NCBI GenBank assembly: GCA_964057225.1
Contig: OZ059897.1
Location: forward strand, 22,010,001-22,074,000
From: Auanema rhodensis
Lineage: Eukaryota > Animalia > Nematoda
Reading direction: 5' to 3'
DNA length: 64,000 nt
Shown: positions 28,101-42,600 of the stretch, piece after piece
Layout: each line of letters begins with the position of its first letter
How positions within the stretch are numbered: the first letter of the stretch is position 1
Translations under genes and position numbers: made by a program
The notes under the pieces: model-generated
Seen by the model: the letters and a program-made list of their open reading frames with translations, nothing else
Told to the model about the DNA's origin: nothing
Databases searched by the model: none

Positions 28101-31100
28101 CTTTAATTTATGCTAATTAAATGTACACGTGATGTGCACTTGGTATGTAACTCTCTTCACGTGAAAGATAAAGAGATGCGGTTTTCAAAATTAGATTTCC
28201 CATGTCCATATTAGTCTAAAAACAAATTTTTATTGATATTGGTTCATGGTAACCATGACTTTGAAATTTACGTGAACTTTAATTTATGCTAATTAAATGT
28301 ACACGTGATGTGCACTTGGTATGTAACTCGCTTCACGTGAAAGATAAAGAGATGCGGTTTTCAAAATTAGATTCCCCATGTCCATATTAGTCTAAAAACA
28401 AATTTTTATTGATATTGGTTCATGGTAACCATGACTTTGAAATTTACGTGAACTTTAATTTATGCTAATTAAATGTACACGTGATGTGCACTTGGTATGT
28501 AACTCGCTTCACGTGAAAGATAAAGAGATGCGGTTTTCAAAATTAGATTCCCCATGTCCATATTAGTCTAAAAACAAATTTTTATTGATATTGGTGCATG
28601 GTAACCATGACTTTGAAATTTACGTGAACTTTAATTTATGCTAATTAAATGTACACGTGATGTGCACTTGGTATGTAACTCGCTTCACGTGAAAGATAAA
28701 GAGATGCGGTTTTCAAAATTAGATTCCCCATGTCCATATTAGTCTAAAAACAAATTTTTATTGATATTGGTTCATGGTAACCATGACTTTGAAATTTACG
28801 TGAACTTTAATTTATGCTAATTAAATGTACACGTGATGTGCACTTGGTATGTAACTCGCTTCACGTGAAAGATAAAGAGATGCGGTTTTCAAAATTAGAT
28901 TCCCCATGTCCATATTAGTCTAAAAACAAATTTTTATTGATATTGCTTCATGGTAACCATGACTTTGAAATTTACGTGAACTTTAATTTATGCTAATTAA
29001 ATGTACACGTGATGTGCACTTGGTATGTAACTCGCTTCACGTGAAAGATAAAGAGATGCGGTTTTCAAAATTAGATTCCCCATGTCCATATTAGTCTAAA
29101 AACAAATTTTTATTGATATTGGTTCATGGTAACCATGACTTTGAAATTTACGTGAACTTTAATTTATGCTAATTAAATGTACACGTGATGTGCACTTGGT
29201 ATGTAACTCGCTTCACGTGAAAGATAAAGAGATGCGGTTTTCAAAATTAGATTCCCCATGTCCATATTAGTCTAAAAACAAATTTTTATTGATATTGGTT
29301 CATGGTAACCATGACTTTGAAATTTACGTGAACTTTAATTTACGCTAATTAAATGTACACGTGATGTGCACTTGGTATGTAACTCGCTTCACGTGAAAGA
29401 TAAAGAGATGCGGTTTTCAAAATTAGATTCCCCATGTCCATATTAGTCTAAAAACAAATTTTTATTGATATTGGTGCATGGTAACCATGACTTTGAAATT
29501 TACGTGAACTTTAATTTATGCTAATTAAATGTACACGTGATGTGCACTTGGTATGTAACTCGCTTCACGTGAAAGATAAAGAGATGCGGTTTTCAAAATT
29601 AGATTACCCATGTCCATATTAGTCTAAAAACAAATTTTTATTGATATTGGTGCATGGTAACCATGACTTTGAAATTTACGTGAACTTTAATTTATGCTAA
29701 TTAAATGTACACGTGATGTGCACTTGGTATGTAACTCGCTTCACGTGAAAGATAAAGAGATGCGGTTTTCAAAATTAGATTCCCCATGTCCATATTAGTC
29801 TAAAAACAAATTTTTATTGATATTGGTTCATGGTAACCATGACTTTGAAATTTACGTGAACTTTAATTTATGCTAATTAAATGTACACGTGATGTGCACT
29901 TGGTATGTAACTCGCTTCACGTGAAAGATAAAGAGATGCGGTTTTCAAAATTAGATTCCCCATGTCCATATTAGTCTAAAAACAAATTTTTATTGATATT
30001 GGTGCATGGTAACCATGACTTTGAAATTTACGTGAACTTTAATTTATGCTAATTAAATGTACACGTGATGTGCACTTGGTATGTAACTCGCTTCACGTGA
30101 AAGATAAAGAGATGCGGTTTTCAAAATTAGATTCCCCATGTCCATATTAGTCTAAAAACAAATTTTTATTGATATTGGTTCATGGTAACCATGACTTTGA
30201 AATTTACGTGAACTTTAATTTATGCTAATTAAATGTACACGTGATGTGCACTTGGTATGTAACTCGCTTCACGTGAAAGATAAAGAGATGCGGTTTTCAA
30301 AATTAGATTCCCCATGTCCATATTAGTCTAAAAACAAATTTTTATTGATATTGGTGCATGGTAACCATGACTTTGAATTTTACGTGAACTTTAATTTATG
30401 CTAATTAAATGTACACGTGATGTGCACTTGGTATGTAACTCGCTTCACGTGAAAGATAAAGAGATGCGGTTTTCAAAATTAGATTCCCCATGTCCTTATT
30501 AGTCTAAAAACAAATTTTTATTGATATTGGTTCATGGTAACCATGACTTTGAAATTTACGTGAACTTTAATTTATGCTAATTAAATGTACACGTGATGTG
30601 CACTTGGTATGTAACTCGCTTCACGTGAAAGATAAAGAGATGCGGTTTTCAAAATTAGATTCCCCATGTCCATATTAGTCTAAAAACAAATTTTTATTGA
30701 TATTGGTTCATGGTAACCATGACTTTGAAATTTACGTGAACTTTAATTTATGCTAATTAAATGTACACGTGATGTGCACTTGGTATGTAACTCGCTTCAC
30801 GTGAAAGATAAAGAGATGCGGTTTTCAAAATTAGATTCCCCATGTCCATATTAGTCTAAAAACAAATTTTTATTGATATTGGTGCATGGTAACCATGACT
30901 TTGAAATTTACGTGAACTTTAATTTATGCTAATTAAATGTACACGTGATGTGCACTTGGTATGTAACTCGCTTCACGTGAAAGATAAAGAGATGCGGTTT
31001 TCAAAATTAGATTCCCCATGTCCATATTAGTCTAAAAACAAATTTTTATTGATATTGGTTCATGGTAACCATGACTTTGAAATTTACGTGAACTTTAATT

Positions 31101-31680
31101 TATGCTAATTAAATGTACACGTGATGTGCACTTGGTATGTAACTCGCTTCACGTGAAAGATAAAGAGATGCGGTTTTCAAAATTAGATTCCCCATGTCCA
31201 TATTAGTCTAAAAACAAATTTTTATTGATATTGGTGCATGGTAACCATGACTTTGAAATTTACGTGAACTTTAATTTATGCTAATTAAATGTACACGTGA
31301 TGTGCACTTGGTATGTAACTCGCTTCACGTGAAAGATAAAGAGATGCGGTTTTCAAAATTAGATTCCCCATGTCCATATTAGTCTAAAAACAAATTTTTA
31401 TTGATATTGGTTCATGGTAACCATGACTTTGAAATTTACGTGAACTTTAATTTATGCTAATTAAATGTACACGTGATGTGCACTTGGTATGTAACTCGCT
31501 TCACGTGAAAGATAAAGAGATGCGGTTTTCAAAATTAGATTCCCCATGTCCATATTAGTCTAAAAACAAATTTTTATTGATATTGGTTCATGGTAACCAT
31601 GACTTTGAAATTTACGTGAACTTTAATTTACGCTAATTAAATGTACACGTGATGTGCACTTGGTATGTAACTCGCTTCAC
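22177..31680 (+). repeat. Approximately 26-monomer block duplication (22177-26752 vs 27457-31680) with a 4-mer re-duplication at the junction
   Basis: Same ordered markers in both copies: A91C; C39T; C39T; C-type+G170T; C38T; ...; T127C; C38A; A106T; A48T; ...; T127C. The second copy lacks the A106T/A48T pair at 23585-23936. Monomers 26577-27280 equal 27281-27984. Confidence 0.8.
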
Positions 31681-34600
31681 GTGAAAGATAAAGAGATGCG
31701 GTTTTCAAAATTAGATTCCCCATGTCCATATTAGTCTAAAAACAAATTTTTATTGATATTGGTGCATGGTAACCATGACTTTGAAATTTACGTGAACTTT
31801 AATTTATGCTAATTAAATGTACACGTGATGTGCACTTGGTATGTAACTCGCTTCACGTGAAAGATAAAGAGATGCGGTTTTCAAAATTAGATTACCCATG
31901 TCCATATTAGTCTAAAAACAAATTTTTATTGATATTGGTGCATGGTAACCATGACTTTGAAATTTACGTGAACTTTAATTTATGCTAATTAAATGTACAC
32001 GTGATGTGCACTTGGTATGTAACTCGCTTCACGTGAATGATAAAGAGATGCGGTTTTCAAAATTAGATTCCCCATGTCCATATTAGTCTAAAAACCAATT
32101 TTTATTGATATTGGTGCATGGTAACCATGACTTTGAAATTTACGTGAACTTTAATTTATGCTAATTAAATATACACGTGATGTGCACTTGGTATGTAACT
32201 CGCTTCACGTGAAAGATAAAGAGATGCGGTTTTCAAAATTAGATTCCCCATGTCCATATTAGTCTAAAAACAAATTTTTATTGATATTGGTTCATGGTAA
32301 CCATGACTTTGAAATTTACGTGAACTTTAATTTATGCTAATTAAATGTACACGTGATGTGCACTTGGTATGTAACTCGCTTCACGTGAAAGATAAAGAGA
32401 TGCGGTTTTCAAAATTAGATTCCCCATGTCCATATTAGTCTAAAAACAAATTTTTATTGATATTGGTGCATGGTAACCATGACTTTAAAATTTACGTGAA
32501 CTTTAATTTATGCTAATTAAATGTACACGTGATGTGCACTTGGTATGTAACTCGCTTCACGTGAAAGATAAAGAGATGTGGTTTTCAAAATTAGATTCCC
32601 CATGTCCATATTAGTCTAAAAACAAATTTTTATTGATATTGGTTCATGGTAACCATGACTTTGAAATTTACGTGAACTTTAATTTATGCTAATTAAATGT
32701 ACACGTGATGTGCACTTGGTATGTAACTCGCTTCACGTGAAAGATAAAGAGATGCGGTTTTCAAAATTAGATTCCCCATGTCCATATTAGTCTAAAAACA
32801 AATTTTTATTGATATTGGTTCATGGTAACCATGACTTTGAAATTTACGTGAACTTTAATTTACGCTAATTAAATGTACACGTGATGTGCACTTGGTATGT
32901 AACTCGCTTCACGTGAAAGATAAAGAGATGCGGTTTTCAAAATTAGATTCCCCATGTCCATATTAGTCTAAAAACAAATTTTTATTGATATTGGTGCATG
33001 GTAACCATGACTTTGAAATTTACGTGAACTTTAATTTATGCTAATTAAATGTACACGTGATGTGCACTTGGTATGTAACTCGCTTCACGTGAAAGATAAA
33101 GAGATGCGGTTTTCAAAATTAGATTACCCATGTCCATATTAGTCTAAAAACAAATTTTTATTGATATTGGTGCATGGTAACCATGACTTTGAAATTTACG
33201 TGAACTTTAATTTATGCTAATTAAATGTACACGTGATGTGCACTTGGTATGTAACTCGCTTCACGTGAAAGATAAAGAGATGCGGTTTTCAAAATTAGAT
33301 TCCCCATGTCCATATTAGTCTAAAAACAAATTTTTATTGATATTGGTTCATGGTAACCATGACTTTGAAATTTACGTGAACTTTAATTTATGCTAATTAA
33401 ATGTACACGTGATGTGCACTTGGTATGTAACTCGCTTCACGTGAAAGATAAAGAGATGCGGTTTTCAAAATTAGATTCCCCATGTCCATATTAGTCTAAA
33501 AACAAATTTTTATTGATATTGGTTCATGGTAACCATGACTTTGAAATTTACGTGAACTTTAATTTATGCTAATTAAATGTACACGTGATGTGCACTTGGT
33601 ATGTAACTCGCTTCACGTGAAAGATAAAGAGATGCGGTTTTCAAAATTAGATTCCCCATGTCCATATTAGTCTAAAAACAAATTTTTATTGATATTGGTG
33701 CATGGTAACCATGACTTTGAAATTTACGTGAACTTTAATTTATGCTAATTAAATGTACACGTGATGTGCACTTGGTATGTAACTCGCTTCACGTGAAAGA
33801 TAAAGAGATGCGGTTTTCAAAATTAGATTCCCCATGTCCATATTAGTCTAAAAACAAATTTTTATTGATATTGGTTCATGGTAACCATGACTTTGAAATT
33901 TACGTGAACTTTAATTTACGCTAATTAAATGTACACGTGATGTGCACTTGGTATGTAACTCGCTTCACGTGAAAGATAAAGAGATGCGGTTTTCAAAATT
34001 AGATTCCCCATGTCCATATTAGTCTAAAAACAAATTTTTATTGATATTGGTGCATGGTAACCATGACTTTGAAATTTACGTGAACTTTAATTTATGCTAA
34101 TTAAATGTACACGTGATGTGCACTTGGTATGTAACTCGCTTCACGTGAAAGATAAAGAGATGCGGTTTTCAAAATTAGATTCCCCATGTCCATATTAGTC
34201 TAAAAACAAATTTTTATTGATATTGGTTCATGGTAACCATGACTTTGAAATTTACGTGAACTTTAATTTACGCTAATTATATGTACACGTGATGTGCACT
34301 TGGTATGTAACTCGCTTCACGTGAAAGATAAAGAGATGCGGTTTTTGAAATTAGATTCCCCATGTCCATATTAGTCTAAAAACAAATTTTTATTGATATT
34401 GGTGCATGGTAACCATGACTTTGAAATTTACGTGAACTTTAATTTATGCTAATTAAATGTACACGTGATGTGCACTTGGTATGTAACTCGCTTCACGTGA
34501 AAGATAAAGAGATGCGGTTTTCAAAATTAGATTACCCATGTCCATATTAGTCTAAAAACAAATTTTTATTGATATTGGTTCATGGTAACCATGACTTTGA

Positions 34601-37600
34601 AATTTACGTGAACTTTAATTTATGCTAATTAAATGTACACGTGATGTGCACTTGGTATGTAACTCGCTTCACGTGAAAGATAAAGAGATGCGGTTTTCAA
34701 AATTAGATTCCCCATGTCCATATTAGTCTAAAAACAAATTTTTATTGATATTGGTGCATGGTAACCATGACTTTGAAATTTACGTGAACTTTAATTTATG
34801 CTAATTAAATGTACACGTGATGTGCACTTGGTATGTAACTCGCTTCACGTGAAAGATAAAGAGATGCGGTTTTCAAAATTAGATTCCCCATGTCCATATT
34901 AGTCTAAAAACAAATTTTTATTGATATTGGTTCATGGTAACCATGACTTTGAAATTTACGTGAACTTTAATTTATGCTAATTAAATGTACACGTGATGTG
35001 CACTTGGTATGTAACTCGCTTCACGTGAAAGATAAAGAGATGCGGTTTTCAAAATTAGATTCCCCATGTCCATATTAGTCTAAAAACAAATTTTTATTGA
35101 TATTGGTTCATGGTAACCATGACTTTGAAATTTACGTGAACTTTAATTTATGCTAATTAAATGTACACGTGATGTGCACTTGGTATGTAACTCGCTTCAC
35201 GTGAAAGATAAAGAGATGCGGTTTTCAAAATTAGATTCCCCATGTCCATATTAGTCTAAAAACAAATTTTTATTGATATTGGTTCATGGTAACCATGACT
35301 TTGAAATTTACGTGAACTTTAATTTACGCTAATTAAATGTACACGTGATGTGCACTTGGTATGTAACTCGCTTCACGTGAAAGATAAAGAGATGCGGTTT
35401 TCAAAATTAGATTCCCCATGTCCATATTAGTCTAAAAACAAATTTTTATTGATATTGGTGCATGGTAACCATGACTTTGAAATTTACGTGAACTTTAATT
35501 TATGCTAATTAAATGTACACGTGATGTGCACTTGGTATGTAACTCGCTTCACGTGAAAGATAAAGAGATGCGGTTTTCAAAATTAGATTACCCATGTCCA
35601 TATTAGTCTAAAAACAAATTTTTATTGATATTGGTGCATGGTAACCATGACTTTGAAATTTACGTGAACTTTAATTTATGCTAATTAAATGTACACGTGA
35701 TGTGCACTTGGTATGTAACTCGCTTCACGTGAAAGATAAAGAGATGCGGTTTTCAAAATTAGATTCCCCATGTCCATATTAGTCTAAAAACAAATTTTTA
35801 TTGATATTGGTTCATGGTAACCATGACTTTGAAATTTACGTGAACTTTAATTTATGCTAATTAAATGTACACGTGATGTGCACTTGGTATGTAACTCGCT
35901 TCACGTGAAAGATAAAGAGATGCGGTTTTCAAAATTAGATTCCCCATGTCCATATTAGTCTAAAAACAAATTTTTATTGATATTGGTTCATGGTAACCAT
36001 GACTTTGAAATTTACGTGAACTTTAATTTACGCTAATTAAATGTACACGTGATGTGCACTTGGTATGTAACTCGCTTCACGTGAAAGATAAAGAGATGCG
36101 GTTTTCAAAATTAGATTCCCCATGTCCATATTAGTCTAAAAACAAATTTTTATTGATATTGGTGCATGGTAACCATGACTTTGAAATTTACGTGAACTTT
36201 AATTTATGCTAATTAAATGTACACGTGATGTGCACTTGGTATGTAACTCGCTTCACGTGAAAGATAAAGAGATGCGGTTTTCAAAATTAGATTACCCATG
36301 TCCATATTAGTCTAAAAACAAATTTTTATTGATATTGGTGCATGGTAACCATGACTTTGAAATTTACGTGAACTTTAATTTATGCTAATTAAATGTACAC
36401 GTGATGTGCACTTGGTATGTAACTCGCTTCACGTGAAAGATAAAGAGATGCGGTTTTCAAAATTAGATTCCCCATGTCCATATTAGTCTAAAAACAAATT
36501 TTTATTGATATTGGTGCATGGTAACCATGACTTTGAAATTTACGTGAACTTTAATTTATGCTAATTAAATGTACACGTGATGTGCACTTGGTATGTAACT
36601 CGCTTCACGTGAAAGATAAAGAGATGCGGTTTTCAAAATTAGATTCCCCATGTCCATATTAGTCTAAAAACAAATTTTTATTGATATTGGTTCATGGTAA
36701 CCATGACTTTGAAATTTACGTGAACTTTAATTTATGCTAATTAAATGTACACGTGATGTGCACTTGGTATGTAACTCGCTTCACGTGAAAGATAAAGAGA
36801 TGCGGTTTTCAAAATTAGATTCCCCATGTCCATATTAGTCTAAAAACAAATTTTTATTGATATTGGTGCATGGTAACCATGACTTTGAAATTTACGTGAA
36901 CTTTAATTTATGCTAATTAAATGTACACGTGATGTGCACTTGGTATGTAACTCGCTTCACGTGAAAGATAAAGAGATGCGGTTTTCAAAATTAGATTCCC
37001 CATGTCCATATTAGTCTAAAAACAAATTTTTATTGATATTGGTTCATGGTAACCATGACTTTGAAATTTACGTGAACTTTAATTTACGCTAATTAAATGT
37101 ACACGTGATGTGCACTTGGTATGTAACTCGCTTCACGTGAAAGATAAAGAGATGCGGTTTTCAAAATTAGATTCCCCATGTCCATATTAGTCTAAAAACA
37201 AATTTTTATTGATATTGGTGCATGGTAACCATGACTTTGAAATTTACGTGAACTTTAATTTATGCTAATTAAATGTACACGTGATGTGCACTTGGTATGT
37301 AACTCGCTTCACGTGAAAGATAAAGAGATGCGGTTTTCAAAATTAGATTCCCCATGTCCATATTAGTCTAAAAACAAATTTTTATTGATATTGGTTCATG
37401 GTAACCATGACTTTGAAATTTACGTGAACTTTAATTTACGCTAATTAAATGTACACGTGATGTGCACTTGGTATGTAACTCGCTTCACGTGAAAGATAAA
37501 GAGATGCGGTTTTCGAAATTAGATTCCCCATGTCCATATTAGTCTAAAAACAAATTTTTATTGATATTGGTGCATGGTAACCATGACTTTGAATTTTACG

Positions 37601-39600
37601 TGAACTTTAATTTATGCTAATTAAATGTACACGTGATGTGCACTTGGTATGTAACTCGCTTCACGTGAAAGATAAAGAGATGCGGTTTTCAAAATTAGAT
37701 TCCCCATGTCCTTATTAGTCTAAAAACAAATTTTTATTGATATTGGTTCATGGTAACCATGACTTTGAAATTTACGTGAACTTTAATTTATGCTAATTAA
37801 ATGTACACGTGATGTGCACTTGGTATGTAACTCGCTTCACGTGAAAGATAAAGAGATGCGGTTTTCAAAATTAGATTCCCCATGTCCATATTAGTCTAAA
37901 AACAAATTTTTATTGATATTGGTGCATGGTAACCATGACTTTGAAATTTACGTGAACTTTAATTTATGCTAATTAAATGTACACGTGATGTGCACTTGGT
38001 ATGTAACTCGCTTCACGTGAAAGATAAAGAGATGCGGTTTTCAAAATTAGATTCCCCATGTCCATATTAGTCTAAAAACAAATTTTTATTGATATTGGTT
38101 CATGGTAACCATGACTTTGAAATTTACGTGAACTTTAATTTATGCTAATTAAATGTACACGTGATGTGCACTTGGTATGTAACTCGCTTCACGTGAAAGA
38201 TAAAGAGATGCGGTTTTCAAAATTAGATTCCCCATGTCCATATTAGTCTAAAAACAAATTTTTATTGATATTGGTTCATGGTAACCATGACTTTGAAATT
38301 TACGTGAACTTTAATTTACGCTAATTAAATGTACACGTGATGTGCACTTGGTATGTAACTCGCTTCACGTGAAAGATAAAGAGATGCGGTTTTCAAAATT
38401 AGATTCCCCATGTCCATATTAGTCTAAAAACAAATTTTTATTGATATTGGTGCATGGTAACCATGACTTTGAAATTTACGTGAACTTTAATTTATGCTAA
38501 TTAAATGTACACGTGATGTGCACTTGGTATGTAACTCGCTTCACGTGAAAGATAAAGAGATGCGGTTTTCAAAATTAGATTACCCATGTCCATATTAGTC
38601 TAAAAACAAATTTTTATTGATATTGGTGCATGGTAACCATGACTTTGAAATTTACGTGAACTTTAATTTATGCTAATTAAATGTACACGTGATGTGCACT
38701 TGGTATGTAACTCGCTTCACGTGAAAGATAAAGAGATGCGGTTTTCAAAATTAGATTCCCCATGTCCATATTAGTCTAAAAACAAATTTTTATTGATATT
38801 GGTTCATGGTAACCATGACTTTGAAATTTACGTGAACTTTAATTTATGCTAATTAAATGTACACGTGATGTGCACTTGGTATGTAACTCGCTTCACGTGA
38901 AAGATAAAGAGATGCGGTTTTCAAAATTAGATTCCCCATGTCCATATTAGTCTAAAAACAAATTTTTATTGATATTGGTTCATGGTAACCATGACTTTGA
39001 AATTTACGTGAACTTTAATTTACGCTAATTAAATGTACACGTGATGTGCACTTGGTATGTAACTCGCTTCACGTGAAAGATAAAGAGATGCGGTTTTCAA
39101 AATTAGATTCCCCATGTCCATATTAGTCTAAAAACAAATTTTTATTGATATTGGTGCATGGTAACCATGACTTTGAAATTTACGTGAACTTTAATTTATG
39201 CTAATTAAATGTACACGTGATGTGCACTTGGTATGTAACTCGCTTCACGTGAAAGATAAAGAGATGCGGTTTTCAAAATTAGATTACCCATGTCCATATT
39301 AGTCTAAAAACAAATTTTTATTGATATTGGTGCATGGTAACCATGACTTTGAAATTTACGTGAACTTTAATTTATGCTAATTAAATGTACACGTGATGTG
39401 CACTTGGTATGTAACTCGCTTCACGTGAAAGATAAAGAGATGCGGTTTTCAAAATTAGATTCCCCATGTCCATATTAGTCTAAAAACAAATTTTTATTGA
39501 TATTGGTGCATGGTAACCATGACTTTGAAATTTACGTGAACTTTAATTTATGCTAATTAAATGTACACGTGATGTGCACTTGGTATGTAACTCGCTTCAC

Positions 39601-42600
39601 GTGAAAGATAAAGAGATGCGGTTTTCAAAATTAGATTCCCCATGTCCATATTAGTCTAAAAACAAATTTTTATTGATATTGGTTCATGGTAACCATGACT
39701 TTGAAATTTACGTGAACTTTAATTTATGCTAATTAAATGTACACGTGATGTGCACTTGGTATGTAACTCGCTTCACGTGAAAGATAAAGAGATGCGGTTT
39801 TCAAAATTAGATTCCCCATGTCCATATTAGTCTAAAAACAAATTTTTATTGATATTGGTGCATGGTAACCATGACTTTGAAATTTACGTGAACTTTAATT
39901 TATGCTAATTAAATGTACACGTGATGTGCACTTGGTATGTAACTCGCTTCACGTGAAAGATAAAGAGATGCGGTTTTCAAAATTAGATTCCCCATGTCCA
40001 TATTAGTCTAAAAACAAATTTTTATTGATATTGGTTCATGGTAACCATGACTTTGAAATTTACGTGAACTTTAATTTATGCTAATTAAATGTACACGTGA
40101 TGTGCACTTGGTATGTAACTCGCTTCACGTGAAAGATAAAGAGATGCGGTTTTCAAAATTAGATTCCCCATGTCCATATTAGTCTAAAAACAAATTTTTA
40201 TTGATATTGGTTCATGGTAACCATGACTTTGAAATTTACGTGAACTTTAATTTACGCTAATTAAATGTACACGTGATGTGCACTTGGTATGTAACTCGCT
40301 TCACGTGAAAGATAAAGAGATGCGGTTTTCAAAATTAGATTCCCCATGTCCATATTAGTCTAAAAACAAATTTTTATTGATATTGGTGCATGGTAACCAT
40401 GACTTTGAAATTTACGTGAACTTTAATTTATGCTAATTAAATGTACACGTGATGTGCACTTGGTATGTAACTCGCTTCACGTGAAAGATAAAGAGATGCG
40501 GTTTTCAAAATTAGATTACCCATGTCCATATTAGTCTAAAAACAAATTTTTATTGATATTGGTGCATGGTAACCATGACTTTGAAATTAAAGTGAACTTT
40601 AATTTATGCTAATTAAATGTACACGTGATGTGCACTTGGTATGTAACTCGCTTCACGTGAAAGATAAAGAGATGCGGTTTTCAAAATTAGATTCCCCATG
40701 TCCATATTAGTCTAAAAACAAATTTTTATTGATATTGGTGCATGGTAACCATGACTTTGAAATTTACGTGAACTTTAATTTATGCTAATTAAATGTACAC
40801 GTGATGTGCACTTGGTATGTAACTCGCTTCACGTGAAAGATAAAGAGATGCGGTTTTCAAAATTAGATTACCCATGTCCATATTAGTCTAAAAACAAATT
40901 TTTATTGATATTGGTTCATGGTAACCATGACTTTGAAATTTACGTGAACTTTAATTTATGCTAATTAAATGTACACGTGATGTGCACTTGGTATGTAACT
41001 CGCTTCACGTGAAAGATAAAGAGATGCGGTTTTCAAAATTAGATCCCCCATGTCCATATTAGTCTAAAAACAAATTTTTATTGATATTGGTGCATGGTAA
41101 CCATGACTTTGAAATTTACGTGAACTTTAATTTATGCTAATTAAATGTACACGTGATGTGCACTTGGTATGTAACTCGCTTCACGTGAAAGATAAAGAGA
41201 TGCGGTTTTCAAAATTAGATTACCCATGTCCATATTAGTCTAAAAACAAATTTTTATTGATATTGGTGCATGGTAACCATGACTTTGAAATTTACGTGAA
41301 CTTTAATTTATGCTAATTAAATGTACACGTGATGTGCACTTGGTATGTAACTCGCTTCACGTGAAAGATAAAGAGATGCGGTTTTCAAAATTAGATCCCC
41401 CATGTCCATATTAGTCTAAAAACAAATTTTTATTGATATTGGTGCATGGTAACCATGACTTTGAAATTTACGTGAACTTTAATTTATGCTAATTAAATGT
41501 ACACGTGATGTGCACTTGGTATGTAACTCGCTTCACGTGAAAGATAAAGAGATGCGGTTTTCAAAATTAGATTCCCCATGTCCATATTAGTCTAAAAACA
41601 AATTTTTATTGATATTGCTTCATGGTAACCTTGACTTTGAAATTTACGTGAACTTTAATTTATGCTAATTAAATGTACACGTGATGTGCACTTGGTATGT
41701 AACTCGCTTCACGTGAAAGATAAAGAGATGCGGTTTTCAAAATTAGATTCCCCATGTCCATATTAGTCTAAAAACAAGTTTTTATTGATATTGGTTCATG
41801 GTAACCATGACTTTGAAATTTACGTGAACTTTAATTTATGCTAATTAAATGTACACGTGATGTGCACTTGGTATGTAACTCGCTTCACGTGAAAGATAAA
41901 GAGATGCGGTTTTCAAAATTAGATTCCCCATGTCCATATTAGTCTAAAAACAAATTTTTATTGATATTGCTTCCTGGTAACCATGACTTTGAAATTTACG
42001 TGAACTTTAATTTATGCTAATTAAATGTACACGTGATGTGCACTTGGTATGTAACTCGCTTCACGTGAAAGATAAAGAGATGCGGTATTTAAAATTAGAT
42101 TCCCCATGTCCATATTAGTCTAAAAACAAATTTTTATTGATATTGCTTCATGGTAACCATGACTTTGAAATTTACGTGAACTTTAATTTATGCTAATTAA
42201 ATGTACACGTGATGTGCACTTGGTATGTAACTCGCTTCACGTGAAAGATAAAGAGATGCGGTTTTCAAAATTAGATTCCCCATGTCCATATTAGTCTAAA
42301 AACAAATTTTTATTGATATTGGTTCATGGTAACCATGACTTTGAAATTTACGTGAACTTTAATTTATGCTAATCAAATGTACACGTGATGTGCACTTGGT
42401 ATGTAACTCGCTTCACGTGAAAGATAAAGAGATGCGGTTTTCAAAATTAGATTACCCATGTCCATATTAGTCTAAAAACAAATTTTTATTGATATTGGTG
42501 CATGGTAACCATGACTTTGAAATTTACGTGAACTTTAATTTATGCTAATTAAATGTACACGTGATGTGCACTTGGTATGTAACTCGCTTCACGTGAAAGA

